DNA from: Pelagomonas calceolata
Lineage: Eukaryota
Assembly: GCA_918797485.1 (NCBI GenBank)
Contig: CAKKNE010000002.1
Span: forward strand, 3,906,001 to 3,970,000
Length of the DNA: 64,000 bases
Direction: 5' to 3'
Numbering within the stretch: position 1 is the stretch's first letter; every line of letters begins with the position of its first letter. The notes beneath the pieces are model-generated. The model did no database searches. It saw only the letters and a list, made by a program, of their open reading frames with translations, and was not told where the DNA came from. Positions 47,575-58,272 of this stretch are shown piece after piece. A program made the position numbers and the translations under genes.

Positions 47575-49672
47575 ATGTTCAGCAAGCGCGCCTTCAACGC
47601 GCGGCGGCGCAAGACCCAGGCCCTCGCCAAGAAGCCCGTCAAAGTAGCCAATGAAAAACCTACAACAGAAATTTTCGTCAATCAGACCGTGATTCCCTTC
47701 AAGAAGACCTGCGACTTCTGCGAAGAGAAGCGCGCGGTTTTTCATTGCCCGAAATGCACGACGACGGCGACGGGTACCGGAGATTTTCTTTGCGATAGCT
47801 GTGATCTCGAGGTCCACCGCCACGTCAAGAGAAGAAATCATATTAGAACCCAAATCCCGGACGTCACGGCGCGGGAAGCGGTGCACAAGATCATGGGCTG
47901 CTTCAAGTACCTGTTGGCGCGCAAGGTCCTCGTGGCCAAGTGCCGCCTCGAGTTCCAGCGCTTCTTCGACCCCCCTACGAAGACGTACTTCTACTTCCGG
48001 CCGTCGATCCAGGTTTCTAGCCGGCGTCCTATGTACTTTCTTCGCGTCGCGGCGATGGCGTATGCTCCGGTCCGGTCCGTCGAACGCCCGCGTGGCGCCG
48101 CTCGAGGTCTTTGGCGCCGCGGCCGCGGCCGAGCCCACTTCAGAGCCTACGGCCAAGCCGACGAACGCGCATCGCCGCGGTGAGAGAGAACACGCCATCG
48201 CCGCAAGAGACAAAGCCAACACCACAAAAACCAACGCAGGAGACGTCCTGGCGCAAGCCCCTCTGCCTCAAGGAGGCGGAGCTCTGCCCCTACCCGTCCT
48301 TCGACGACTACGTCTTCCGGATCCAGGCGCGGCCACCGCGTCCGAGGGGCCTTCACTCGCGTCGATGGCGTACGGATGGACGCCGCGGCGCGTCGGTGGC
48401 GCGGTGGCGGACGAGGGCGCTGAGAGAGACGTAGACAGAGGGACATGAACAGCAACAACGCAGGGCCTCGCGCGTCACAAGGCCGCGCGCAACTACTTGA
48501 TCGAGCTCATCCGCCAGACCTACGACAAGATCTTCTCGCGGGAGTACACGCGCTTCTACTACCACTTCAACGGGAAGTCGACGCTCGTGCCGCGCGTGGC
48601 CTGGACGAAGCCGCGGTTCCTCTACTGGCGCGACCTCAAGGCGTTCAAGAGCGAGGACGTCGCCGCGCTGATGATCCAGAACCAGTGGCACGCCTACAAG
48701 GCGCGCCAGTTCATGATGAACGCCGTGCGCGCGCAGTACACCGTCAAGACGGACCCCCTGACGGGGCGCCTCATGTACACGAACGTGCACACGCACAAGC
48801 GCGGCTTCAAGAAGCCGCCTTTGTTAGGTAGCGAGGAACTGGATCCCGAGGACATGAGCCTCTGGGGCATTTATCGGCTGGGCGTGTTCTTCCGGCGGCT
48901 CGGTTATGGGTTCATCGCGCCGGAGCTCCGAAGGTTGATGCTGTGCGGAAATCACCATCGACGCGACGTCGTCCCCGTGATGCATCTGAAGGTATAACTC
49001 ACTGGTTGATTTCGACACAGGTTCGACGTGGACGGGGCGCTTCTCCTGTCCTTCGAGTGGCAGGACTACGTCGATTTAGGATTCACGCAGTCGCACGTCA
49101 TCAAGCGCGTTTTACTGCAAATAGAAAAAAGGGCCTTCTTCAAGAGCCACCGCGATTTACCCGTAACGCTAGTACGACGGGACCGGCTGCGATATCACCA
49201 CCGCGTGGAGAAGGCGGCGATCAGCATTCAGAGAAGGTACCGCGTCATCTACGCCGCTTTACAAAGGGCGCGCGCGGCCGAGCGCGAGCGCGTCGAGAAG
49301 GCGAAGAAGAAGGCCGAGAAGGACCGCAAGGAAGGAGGTTTGTGGTGGTCCGGGAAAATAAAAAATCTGCCCGTGCCGGACCACGGCAAGGTCTATGGGA
49401 ACCGGACGGTGGAGACGGTGCACGGCTGGGGCTCGTGGATCGGGGAAAAGTGGGTGCCCCTCGACGACAAGACGCGGCCGCACAAGCAGCGCTACAAGCA
49501 CAATCCCTTGAACGTGCGCTTCAAGTTCGCGCGGACCCTGCACTTCAAGAACGACGACGCGGTCCAGGAGCAGCGCGCGGCGTTGGTCGCGCGCTTGCTC
49601 GAGGAGGACATGCGCCAGCGCCAGGCCGAGGCGGCCGTGGCCGCGGCGGACAAGAAGGCGCGGCGGGCCTAA
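47575..49672 (+). CDS. B-box zinc finger / WW-like / IQ / SAM-like protein, 4 exons (introns 48013-48239 GT-AG, 48327-48463 GC-AG, 48934-49020 GT-AG)
   Basis: CDFCEEKRAVFHCPKC...LCDSCDLEVHRHVKRRNHIR; splicing joins YFYFRPSIQ|ETSWRKP, FRIQ|GLARHKAAR, ELRR|FDVDGALLL in frame. Confidence 0.8.
48934..49020 (+). mobile_element. Introner-type intron (87 bp)
   Basis: Inverted termini CTGTGCGGAAATCA (48941-48954) and TGATTTCGACACAG (49007-49020), 12/14 match; degenerate TSD GTT-GATG / GTTCGACG; same TIR as the PFK intron. Confidence 0.8.
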
Positions 49673-49848
49673 CGATGTGTGTGTGTTGATGGGGCGCGGC
49701 GACGGCGTTCAATGCGTTGCTCGCGCGCTGAGGCTGAGGCTGAGGCTAGTTACGTCGCAGGGTTCCCCGTACCCCTCCCGCTCCCCCCGGGCCCACCCGT
49801 CCGGCTGGACTAGGACGCAAGGGCTGAGTCGCATGGACTCGCGCGCTT

Positions 49849-49872
49849 GCTAGTGTCTTACAGGCCGCTAGC
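49849..49872 (+). promoter_or_regulatory. Recurrent bipartite CTAG motif
   Basis: GCTAGTGTCTTACAGGCCGCTAGC, upstream of ATG 50078. Confidence 0.7.
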
Positions 49873-50077
49873 ATCGCGGTCGTCTTGGCTTTTGTGGTCC
49901 GTGATCGCAGCGCCAACAGCTGCGCTGAGTAGCACAGACTATATTCCTCAATCATTTTGGGCTGCGCGCAGCCCTCGACGAGCGATTTTGGCAGCGCTAC
50001 GAGCGCTGAGCCGAGATCAGGCCAAGGCCACCCCAAGCGATCAGTGAGCGCATCTGACCCGCAGAACAGCAGCGATC

Positions 50078-53000
50078 ATGGCGCCTCCTCGGAGAGGCGG
50101 CCGAGGCGCTGCCAAGCCGGCGCAGCGCACGCACGCGGCGCCGAACGGCCGCGCGGCCGCGCCGACGCCACCTGCCGCGGGCGGCGGCCGAGGCGCCGCG
50201 AGGCCGGCGCAGGCGAGGCCGGCGCCCGCGGGGTTCCGGGTCGTGACGCCGGCGCCTGCGCGCCGCGCGGTCGTCACGCCGCCGCCGCGCGACCCCGAGC
50301 CCATCGCCCAGTACGTGCGCAATATTGAACAAGACAACGAGGAGCGCCTCGAGTGCAAGATCTGCCTCGACGCGCCGCGGGCCGTGCGCTTCCAGAAGTG
50401 CGGCCACTGCTGCGTCTGCACGGACTGCTACAACGAGCTGCTACAACTAGCGCCGGAGCACCGCAAGTGCCCGCTCTGCAACGTTCACATCGGCGATGCG
50501 CACTCCGTGCTCAAGACGCAGGCGGCGCTCCAGACCTTCATGGCGTCAAGGACGCGGGGCACGAACCGGCAGCAGCGCCGCGCCGCGGAGCAGCGCAAGG
50601 ACAAGGCGCAGCGCGTGCGCAAGCTGAGCCACGCCGAGGAGAAGAAGGCCCTGCAGCGCGGCCGGCGGACGCAGCTCGCCGACGGCGCCACTTTATTAGA
50701 ATACAAGGGCCTCTACGCCATCCTCGAGGGCGGCCAGCGGGCGACGCCCTTCGTCAAGCCGCCGCCCGTCTTACCGGCCGCGGCGCCGCCGGCGCCGCCG
50801 CGGCCGCCGGCCCCGCGGTCGGCCGCCGCCGCGGACCTGTTACTGCGCGCGGCCGTCGGCGCCGCGCCGGCCTACGCGCCGCCGCCGCGGCCGGTCCCGG
50901 TACCGCCGCCCCAGCGGTGGGCGGGCCCGCCGCTCGCCGCGCACTACGTCGTCATCGTCGACCACTCCGGCTCCATGAACGCCAAGGACTGCCTCGACGA
51001 CTGCGGCGGCAAGATTACACGGTTAGAAGCCGCCTACGACACATTACTAAACTCCTACGTGAAGGAGACGCGGGAGAACGCGCCGGACGGCAAGGACATC
51101 GTCGTATCCTTAGTAACGATGTCGACGAAAGCCGAGTGCGTCTTCGAGCGCTACCGCCTCGACCTCGCCGAGGACGCGATCGGCAACCACGCTAGGGTGG
51201 CGTACGCGCACGACCACGGCAATTATCTGCCGGCGCTGGCCGAGGTCGAGCGCCTCTTTAGCCAGCCCATCGACGCCGAGGGGTCCCACGCGCTCGGCGT
51301 TGTCCTACTAACGGACGGCAAGCCCTCGGACACGGTGACGGACCCGCGATTTGTGAGTCCGGCATTACGGGGCTACGACCGCATCATTGCGCAGCTCTCG
51401 TGGCTGCTGCGGGATCTCGAGCAGAAGGTCGACGAGCGCTTCCCACGCTTCGCCTGCAACTTACTGGGCATCGGCGCATCGCGGGCCGAGTTCAAGATCC
51501 TGGACGACGTCAACGCCGACATCAAGCGCGGGAGCGTGGACCACAGCGCGCTCGACTCGTCGCTGCTGTCGTCGACGATGACGTCCATGGCCACCACCAT
51601 GATGTCGAGCGTCCTCGAGACCTCGGTCTGCGCCGGCCGCGCCAAGCGCACGGTGCGCAAAGTTGCTCAAGAATCGGCCGACGCCGCGGCCGCCTCGTCG
51701 CCGCGGCGCCCGACCGAAGCCACGGACCCGTTCGACGCCGCACTGCCGTTCCTCACGCCGGCGCAGCGCCGGAACTTCGTCGATAACGACGTCACGTTGG
51801 ATTGCCTCGCGTTGCTGCACGACGAGGACCTCGACGACCTCCTGGAGGGCGACGACGGGGCGAAGTCGTCGTTCCGGATGCGCTACCCGGACCCAGCGGC
51901 CGCGGAAAGGGGCCCGTCCGTCGAGGAGGCGGCGGAGATGGCGCGCCGCGAGGTCGAGCGCCTCCGCGCGGAGGAGGAGGCGCGCGAGGACGCCCGCACC
52001 TCGTCCCTGGGCGAGAAGCTGGACGTCAAGGACCCGCACTGGCTCATCAGCGAGCCGGTCACGGGTGCGACGCTCTGGAACGGCGAACGGTTAGCCTGGC
52101 GAGACTTCGACGCACCGCGGATTCTAGCGAAGCGGCGCAAGTACTTCTCGGACGGCGCCGAGCGGCTGGCCTACCGCGGGGCGCTCGTCGAGCCGAACAC
52201 CGCGACGATTCTCGAGGACGTGGTTTTCAAAGAGTCAAAATTCGAGGAGGATCACGTCGTCGTGAAGCAGGAGGACGAGTCGGACGACAGCGACGACGAC
52301 GATGACGAGGAGGGCTTCCTCGCCCGAATGACGGCGGCGAGGAGCGGCGGGTTGGCAGCGAAGCATCGGGAGAAGCGCGACGTCAAGGAGAACGCCCACT
52401 CGGCCTACCACATAACCTTCTGCAAGGCGCAGTTCGAGGCGGGCCAGCTCGCCGTGGAATTTAACGCGGCGACGGAGCGGTGGGGGCGGCTGCCGCGCGT
52501 CACGTTCGTGACGTCCTCTGTCTACAAGTTCACGACGGGCGTGCAGGGCGAGCTCGAGACGACGCGCGTGTTGGGCGAGCCGCGGCTCCGCGGCGAGTAC
52601 AAGAAGTTCACGAACAACGCGGGCAAGAGCGCCGACTTCCCGGGCTCGGACATGGACTGCGGCCCGGTCGTCGAGCCCAAGCAGCGGGCGCAGCCGCAGC
52701 AGGGCCTGTCGGGTCTCGGCGCGATCGGCGAGGAGGACGAGGAGGACGAGAGTGACGACGAGCCCGAGCACCTCACGGCCGGCGAGGTGCCGTACAGTGC
52801 ATAAACAAATACTACGGCGCCTTCGACCTCACTGCCGTACATCACACATTATGCACACAGGTGCCGCAGGCGTTCTCGCACTTCAGCTACGAGTACTCCA
52901 GCGGCGCGCGCATGGTCTGCGACCTGCAGGGCTGCTTCGACCGCGAGCGGGGCTTCGAGCTCACGGACCCGTGCATGCTGTCGAAGGTCGGCCGCAGCGA

Positions 53001-54045
53001 GTCGGGCTACGGCCGCACGGACCGCGGGCTGCACGGGCTCGTGGACTTCTTCCGGACGCACAAGTGCACGCCGCTCTGCAAGGCGTTGGGGCTCACAGAC
53101 GCGCGCGTCCGCGAGCAGGAGCTGGTCGTCGAGGAGGCCCTGCGAAAGAAGGAGGAGCGCGAGGCCGGCCGCGCCGCCGCGGAGCGCGCGGCCGAGGCCG
53201 AGCGCGAGAAGCGCCGGCAGGCCAAGGAAGCGAAGCGCGAGCGCCGCGCCGCCGAGAAGCTCCAGGAGAAGAAGGTCGAGGAAGATATCGCTGCTGCGGC
53301 AGCCGAGGCTCGCGGCTTGCGCGCTCGGGCGGCGCGCGCGGTGAGCGGCGCCGTGAAGGGCGCCGCGAAGGGCGTGGCCGCGGCAGCGGGCGGCGCGGCG
53401 AACCTCATGGCGCCGGCGGTGCAGCGCGCCCAAATGCTGCTCAACGGCTCCGCCGAGGAGCTCGAGGACGCGGCGGCGGAGGCGGGCTATCCGCGGTCGG
53501 CCGCCGGCGTCGTCCGCTACAAGCAGTCGCTCCGCGACAAGGTGAAGGCCGAGGAGCGCCGCCTGGAGCGGAAGGCCGAGGAGGTCGAAAAGGAGCGGAG
53601 GAGGAAGGAGCGGCAGAAGGCGAGGAAGGCCGCGGACGCCGCTGCGGCGGCGGCCACCGACGAGCACAAGGACGAGGAGAAGGAGAAGAAACGCGTCCGG
53701 CCGCAGCCGCCGGCCGCGGCTTTTGAGAATAGCGACGAGGATAGCGACGACAGCGACGACGACGAGGGCTTCTTCGCGCGGATGACCGGGCGGGGAGCTA
53801 AGGCGGCCCCGGCGAAGGCGGCGCAAGCCGAGCAGGCGGCGATCGCGCGCGGGCGGATGGCCATCGGGACGGAGCACCCGATGTTTCCCGACAACTGCGG
53901 GCGGTGCGGCGCCCCCAACGCCTCGAAGATATGCGGCCGTTGCAGGGCCATGCATTACTGCAGCGCCGCCTGCCAGCGGGCAGACTGGGCGCAACACAAG
54001 GGGGACTGTTTCAATGCCGAGCTTATTGTGAGGCCGCGGGCCTGA
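50078..54045 (+). CDS. RING + vWA + alpha-kinase + coiled coil + MYND zinc finger protein, 2 exons (intron 52787-52860)
   Basis: CKIC..CGHCCVCTDC..CPLC; DHSGSM..LLTDGKP; FSDGAERLAY, KKFTNNAG, PQAFSHFSY, VCDLQG, LTDP, FFRTHKCTPLC; CGRC..CGRCRAMHYCSAACQRADWAQHKGDC. Confidence 0.92.
52787..52860 (+). mobile_element. Introner-type intron (74 bp) within the alpha-kinase domain
   Basis: 8-bp direct repeats GTGCCGTA (52787-52794) and GTGCCGCA (52861-52868); inverted GTGCATAA / TTATGCAC near the ends; ends in CACAG. Confidence 0.8.
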
Positions 54046-54119
54046 AGGAGGACGAAGAGGGATGATGCCCGGCGCGGCGCCGCCAAACTGTGTCACGAAT
54101 GTGTAAGACAAGACTAAAA

Positions 54120-55388
54120 TTAACGCTCGGCAAAAATCCAGAACGTCAGCGCGTAACGGTCGCGCCGCGCTTCGAGGACCTCGTGCTCAAGGAACGAATC
54201 GAAGACGACGACGCGGCCGGCCGCAGGCGTTATTTCCACGGTGTCGCCGCCGCTCTCGTCGTAGATGCGGAGCGCTCCGCCGTCCTCGGCCGCCCAGTCG
54301 AGATTCAGATAACAGATGCACGTGAGCGCCCGCGCGTTGCCGCAGACGCCGTCGGCGCCGCGCGAGTTGTCCGTATGCTTCCGATACCTGCCGCCCGCCC
54401 CGTAGCAACTGAGCATCGACGACGCGGGCACCGTCAGCGTCTCGCGCCACCGGCCGTCGGCGTTGATCGCCGCCGCGACGCCGCGCTGGAGCCGCGCCAG
54501 GCGCGCGAGCGTCGGGCAGCCGTTCGCCGCTAACTCATCGGCGCCGAACCACCCGACACGGTCGGACCGCGTGCCCGTCAGCGCCTGGAGCGTCGGCTTC
54601 AATTGGATGCCGAGGCTCTCCGCTTCCTGGCGCGCGGCGCGCGCGGTGTCAGCATCCAAGACGTCCTCCACGACAACATAGCCTTTCGCGAGCAACCCGT
54701 CAACGAGGCGCGACGACACGACGAACGCATCCGCCTCGGCGCATGCAGAGCTGCCCGCGGGCGCGCCGACGATCGCGCGCGAAGCCAGGTGATGGGTGCG
54801 CGTCATTTCGGCCGCGGCGGTCCGTCGCAGGACGTCGGCCCGGATTCGCGCGCGGAGCGTGCCCTCGTCGGCGCCGGGCGCCGCGGTCGCCAGCGCCGCG
54901 GCGCAGGCGCGCTCGACTAATACCTCCGTCTCGCGCCGCGTGGCCGCCGTCTGCGCGTCGGCCGCAGCCGACGCCGCCGCGAACTCGTCGGCGGCCAGCG
55001 GCTCGAGCAGGCGGCCGAGGCCCGGCTTTTCAAGCATCATGAAGCCGCCGTCGACTTGGACCCAGTTGTCCGCGGCGGGCGCGGCGCGCACGAGATCTCC
55101 TTGGAGGCGGCGGCCCACGACCGTCGCCGAAGCGTCTGGCGCTGCCCTAACAAAAACGAGCGCGTAGGCGACGCGGTAAGGCTGCAACGCTTCCACGAGC
55201 TCGAGCATCGTTTCACCGTCAAGGACTTCGGCGTCGTCGAGGGCGCGCTCCGCTGTCCGCAGCGTTGCCGCCTCCACGCGTGCGCGGCGGCATACGGCGC
55301 GTCTCGCTCGCGCGACGGTCGTCGGCCCGCGGCACGCGATTCGAAACTTCCGCGGCCCGTAGCGCACGTCGAGGGCGAACGGCGCCAT
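54120..55388 (-). CDS. EGLN/PHD-like 2OG-Fe(II) dioxygenase with N-terminal ubiquitin-like and SH3b-like segments
   Basis: RSDRVGW, YRKHTDN, RALTCICYLN..W..GGALR, HEV, RYALTFW; ATG 55388. Confidence 0.85.
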   Translation of the reverse strand: MAPFALDVRYGPRKFRIACRGPTTVARARRAVCRRARVEAATLRTAERALDDAEVLDGETMLELVEALQPYRVAYALVFVRAAPDASATVVGRRLQGDLVRAAPAADNWVQVDGGFMMLEKPGLGRLLEPLAADEFAAASAAADAQTAATRRETEVLVERACAAALATAAPGADEGTLRARIRADVLRRTAAAEMTRTHHLASRAIVGAPAGSSACAEADAFVVSSRLVDGLLAKGYVVVEDVLDADTARAARQEAESLGIQLKPTLQALTGTRSDRVGWFGADELAANGCPTLARLARLQRGVAAAINADGRWRETLTVPASSMLSCYGAGGRYRKHTDNSRGADGVCGNARALTCICYLNLDWAAEDGGALRIYDESGGDTVEITPAAGRVVVFDSFLEHEVLEARRDRYALTFWIFAER

Positions 55389-55594
55389 GGTTACTTGTCC
55401 TTCGGCTTCGACACGCGCGGCTCCACGATGTATTTGTTGACGGCTGTGGAGATGACTGTGGCTGTCAGGACCACTGCCACCATGCGTGCTACGAAGAGCT
55501 GATTCATTTGTCAGTTGCTGTTGCTGCTTTGCACTGTGAAAAAGCACGAATGTGGGAGGAGACGGCGCTCGAGCGTGGAAGGAGAAGGGGACGA

Positions 55595-55616
55595 GCTAGC
55601 GGTGTAAGACACTAGC
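55595..55616 (-). promoter_or_regulatory. Recurrent bipartite CTAG motif (divergent spacer)
   Basis: Reverse complement GCTAGTGTCTTACACCGCTAGC. Confidence 0.7.
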
Positions 55617-55755
55617 ACTTGCCTCGAGCGACTTTATACCATCGCTTGGCAGGGACGCGTTGTCAGCTCTTCCAGTGAATCACATTTATCCTGGCTAGAA
55701 CCTGAAAGGGCGTCCGACACCATACCCGGCTCACAAGGACCAAGGTTGCCTCTGC

Positions 55756-56334
55756 ATGCGTTTCGTATCAGTGGTCGTCGCCGCATTCTTACCATATCAA
55801 GGGGTAAGCATGAACGACCCGCAGGGCTTTCTCGCTCATTTGCGGGAGGAGGCCAATAACGGCAACGGGGAAGCCTTGCACGACCTCGGGCAGATCTATG
55901 CGGCGCCCCAATTAGCTCAACAGTTTGGGATCGAAGTCGATCAGCGCCAAGCGGTCGAGTATTGGCGGCGCGGCGCGGACCTTGACGATGCGCTGTGTCA
56001 GTCGAACTTCGGCTCCCGGCTAGTTAGAGGGTACGGCGTTGAAATGGATGAGGCCGCGGGTTTCCGCTACTACAAGCTGGCGGCCGATCAAGGATCTCTG
56101 GAGGGCCTATTTGGCGTGGCGGTCTGCTACGAGAACGGCGAGGGCGTCGCGGTGGACCTCGACGAAGCATGGCGCTTGATGAACTCAGCACTCGCCTTGG
56201 CGCAAGCGAATGGGGACCCAGGCGATTATACCAGCGATATCCACGCGGGGCTGGCGCGCATTAAATCCAAGCGAGGCGGTGGAAACGTCGCGATGGTGAT
56301 GACCGGACCAGATGGAACAGTCCGGACGTTCTAG
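55756..56334 (+). CDS. Sel1-like repeat protein (alternative start at 55810)
   Basis: ALHDLGQIY, QAVEYWRRGA, AGFRYYKLAADQG, CYENGEGVAVDLDEA. Confidence 0.88.
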   Translation: MRFVSVVVAAFLPYQGVSMNDPQGFLAHLREEANNGNGEALHDLGQIYAAPQLAQQFGIEVDQRQAVEYWRRGADLDDALCQSNFGSRLVRGYGVEMDEAAGFRYYKLAADQGSLEGLFGVAVCYENGEGVAVDLDEAWRLMNSALALAQANGDPGDYTSDIHAGLARIKSKRGGGNVAMVMTGPDGTVRTF

Positions 56335-56368
56335 GCGCCCCAGGACTAAAACAAGACCAACTTAACAA

Positions 56369-58072
56369 CTACGACGGCGACGCCGCAGGACCCCTCCGCG
56401 ACGAAAAGCGCCGAGGCCTGGGCGGGTCGCGCCGCCGGAGCCCTACCGCCAAATGCCGCGCGGGCCCTTCGTCCGGGAGAAATGCGGCAACATGCCTCAA
56501 AACGTCGTCCGGTAATTTTCCAATGTCTTTCAGCACGCGCGGCCCGGGAGCGCCGCAATCAATTAATGTGGCGGCAAGCGACACCTCGCCGCGCCGCAGC
56601 GCGTGCGCGAGCGGCGGCCGCGGCGCGGCACCACACAACGGCCGCTCAAAGAAATCGGGGCCCCGTCGGACGGCGTCGCGGTCCCGCGCCGCCGCGACGA
56701 GCAACTCGAGCGTCTTCGAACCATCGACAGACGCGCCGTCGACGCAGGCCGCGACCGGCGACCGCCGCCGGCCGTCCTCGCGCAGCGGGTCCGCGCCAGC
56801 GGCCAACAATACGCGAACGCAGTCGGCGGATGCGCGCCGCGCCGCCGCCGTCAGGGCCGTGTCGCGCTCGCCGCTCACTTCGCGCGCGTCGATGTCAAAC
56901 AGCCGGGCCCCGCAGAGCTCGGCGAGCGTCTTGGCGTCGCCGGCGCGTGCCGCCTCTTGCAACGGGCCCACGACCAGCTTGCCCGGACAGTGGGCGCCGC
57001 GCCTTGCGCCTCCTAACAATTCACGGACCAACGCGGCCCGCCCGCCGCCCGCCGCGGCCGCCAGCGCGGACCGGCCGTGCGCGTCGGGCACGAGAGGCGA
57101 CGCGCCGCCGGCGACGAGCGCGCGCACGATCGACGTCGTCGCCCCCTGCTTGACGGCGCGCTCGACGGCGTAATGCAGGGCCGTCCGCCCGTCGCGCTTC
57201 GACTTCGCGTCGATCGCAGACCGCCCCTTGCCCGGCGTCGCGTGGCACAACGCGCGCACGCACTCGACGGCGGCGCGGCCGCGCGCACTCGCCGCGCACG
57301 CGTGCAGCGGCGTCTCCAGCTGGCGGTCGCGCGGATACACGTCTGCGCCCGCGCTGAGCAGCGCCTGGACGCAGCCCGCGTGCCCGCGCGCGGCAGCTGC
57401 GTGCAGCGGCGTGCGGCCGCGCCGATCGCGGCCGTTCACGGCGTCGCGCGACGCTCGTAAAGCGAGCCGCAGCGCCGCGACGCGATTGTGGGCGCAGTGC
57501 GCCGCGAGGGCGGCCGCCGACGTGTCGGGCGGCGGCGCCTCGACAGACGTGTCCGACGACGTCGCCGACAGGTCGTCGTCGTCCGACGAGTCATCGCCGC
57601 GGGCCCGCGCGACGGCGGCGGCCGCGCGCGCCGCCGCGCCCGCCCGCGCGATGGCCGTCGCGCGCATCTTCGCGAGCGCCTGATCCGAGGCCAGGGCGGC
57701 GTCGCGGTCCTCGCGCCAGGCGTCCGCCGCGACGCGCCACCGCGCCCGCGCCGTATCGCTCGGCCGCGCCCTCCGGACCTCGAGCGGCGCGGGCGGCGGC
57801 GGCGACGGCGACCGCTGCCGGGCGGGCGGCGGCGGCGCGCGGGGCCAGACGGGTTCTGGTGGCGGTGGCGGCTTGGCGTTCCTGCTCTTGCGTGCTGGCG
57901 CGTCGGCGGCGCGCGGCTTGGGCCGCCTCGCATTGGCATCTGGAGGATTCTTCTTCTTCTTGCGCCGCCGCTGCTGCTTGCGCGCGACCGGTATCGGTAT
58001 TGGTGCGAGCACGAGAGGCGCTGGCAAGAGGGCCAGGACTGAGGGGTGAAACTCGGCAGCCTCAGGGTTCAT
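56369..58072 (-). CDS. Ankyrin repeat protein with N-terminal PAM2 motif and C-terminal F-box-like motif
   Basis: MNPEAAEFHP; GRTPLHAAA, ETPLHACA, GRTALHYAV, DTALTAAA; KLPDDVLRHVAAFL. Confidence 0.85.
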   Translation of the reverse strand: MNPEAAEFHPSVLALLPAPLVLAPIPIPVARKQQRRRKKKKNPPDANARRPKPRAADAPARKSRNAKPPPPPEPVWPRAPPPPARQRSPSPPPPAPLEVRRARPSDTARARWRVAADAWREDRDAALASDQALAKMRATAIARAGAAARAAAAVARARGDDSSDDDDLSATSSDTSVEAPPPDTSAAALAAHCAHNRVAALRLALRASRDAVNGRDRRGRTPLHAAAARGHAGCVQALLSAGADVYPRDRQLETPLHACAASARGRAAVECVRALCHATPGKGRSAIDAKSKRDGRTALHYAVERAVKQGATTSIVRALVAGGASPLVPDAHGRSALAAAAGGGRAALVRELLGGARRGAHCPGKLVVGPLQEAARAGDAKTLAELCGARLFDIDAREVSGERDTALTAAARRASADCVRVLLAAGADPLREDGRRRSPVAACVDGASVDGSKTLELLVAAARDRDAVRRGPDFFERPLCGAAPRPPLAHALRRGEVSLAATLIDCGAPGPRVLKDIGKLPDDVLRHVAAFLPDEGPARHLAVGLRRRDPPRPRRFSSRRGPAASPS

Positions 58073-58179
58073 CTTTGGTGGGTCCAAAATGTCATGATAC
58101 GTCGAAAGAATGATTTTATAGTGTGTGCGAAGCGTTTTAACTGGCTGCAGTCTCTCTCCGCGCCGCTTAAGGTCAGCTT

Positions 58180-58203
58180 GCTAGTGTGTTACAGGCCGCT
58201 AAC
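58180..58203 (+). promoter_or_regulatory. Recurrent bipartite CTAG motif (divergent spacer)
   Basis: GCTAGTGTGTTACAGGCCGCTAAC. Confidence 0.7.
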
Positions 58204-58272
58204 ATGATCGCGTCAATTGCTGCAGCGGAGCCAGTACGTGCAAAATAGTAGCTCATCGCTGGCAAATCCGTG

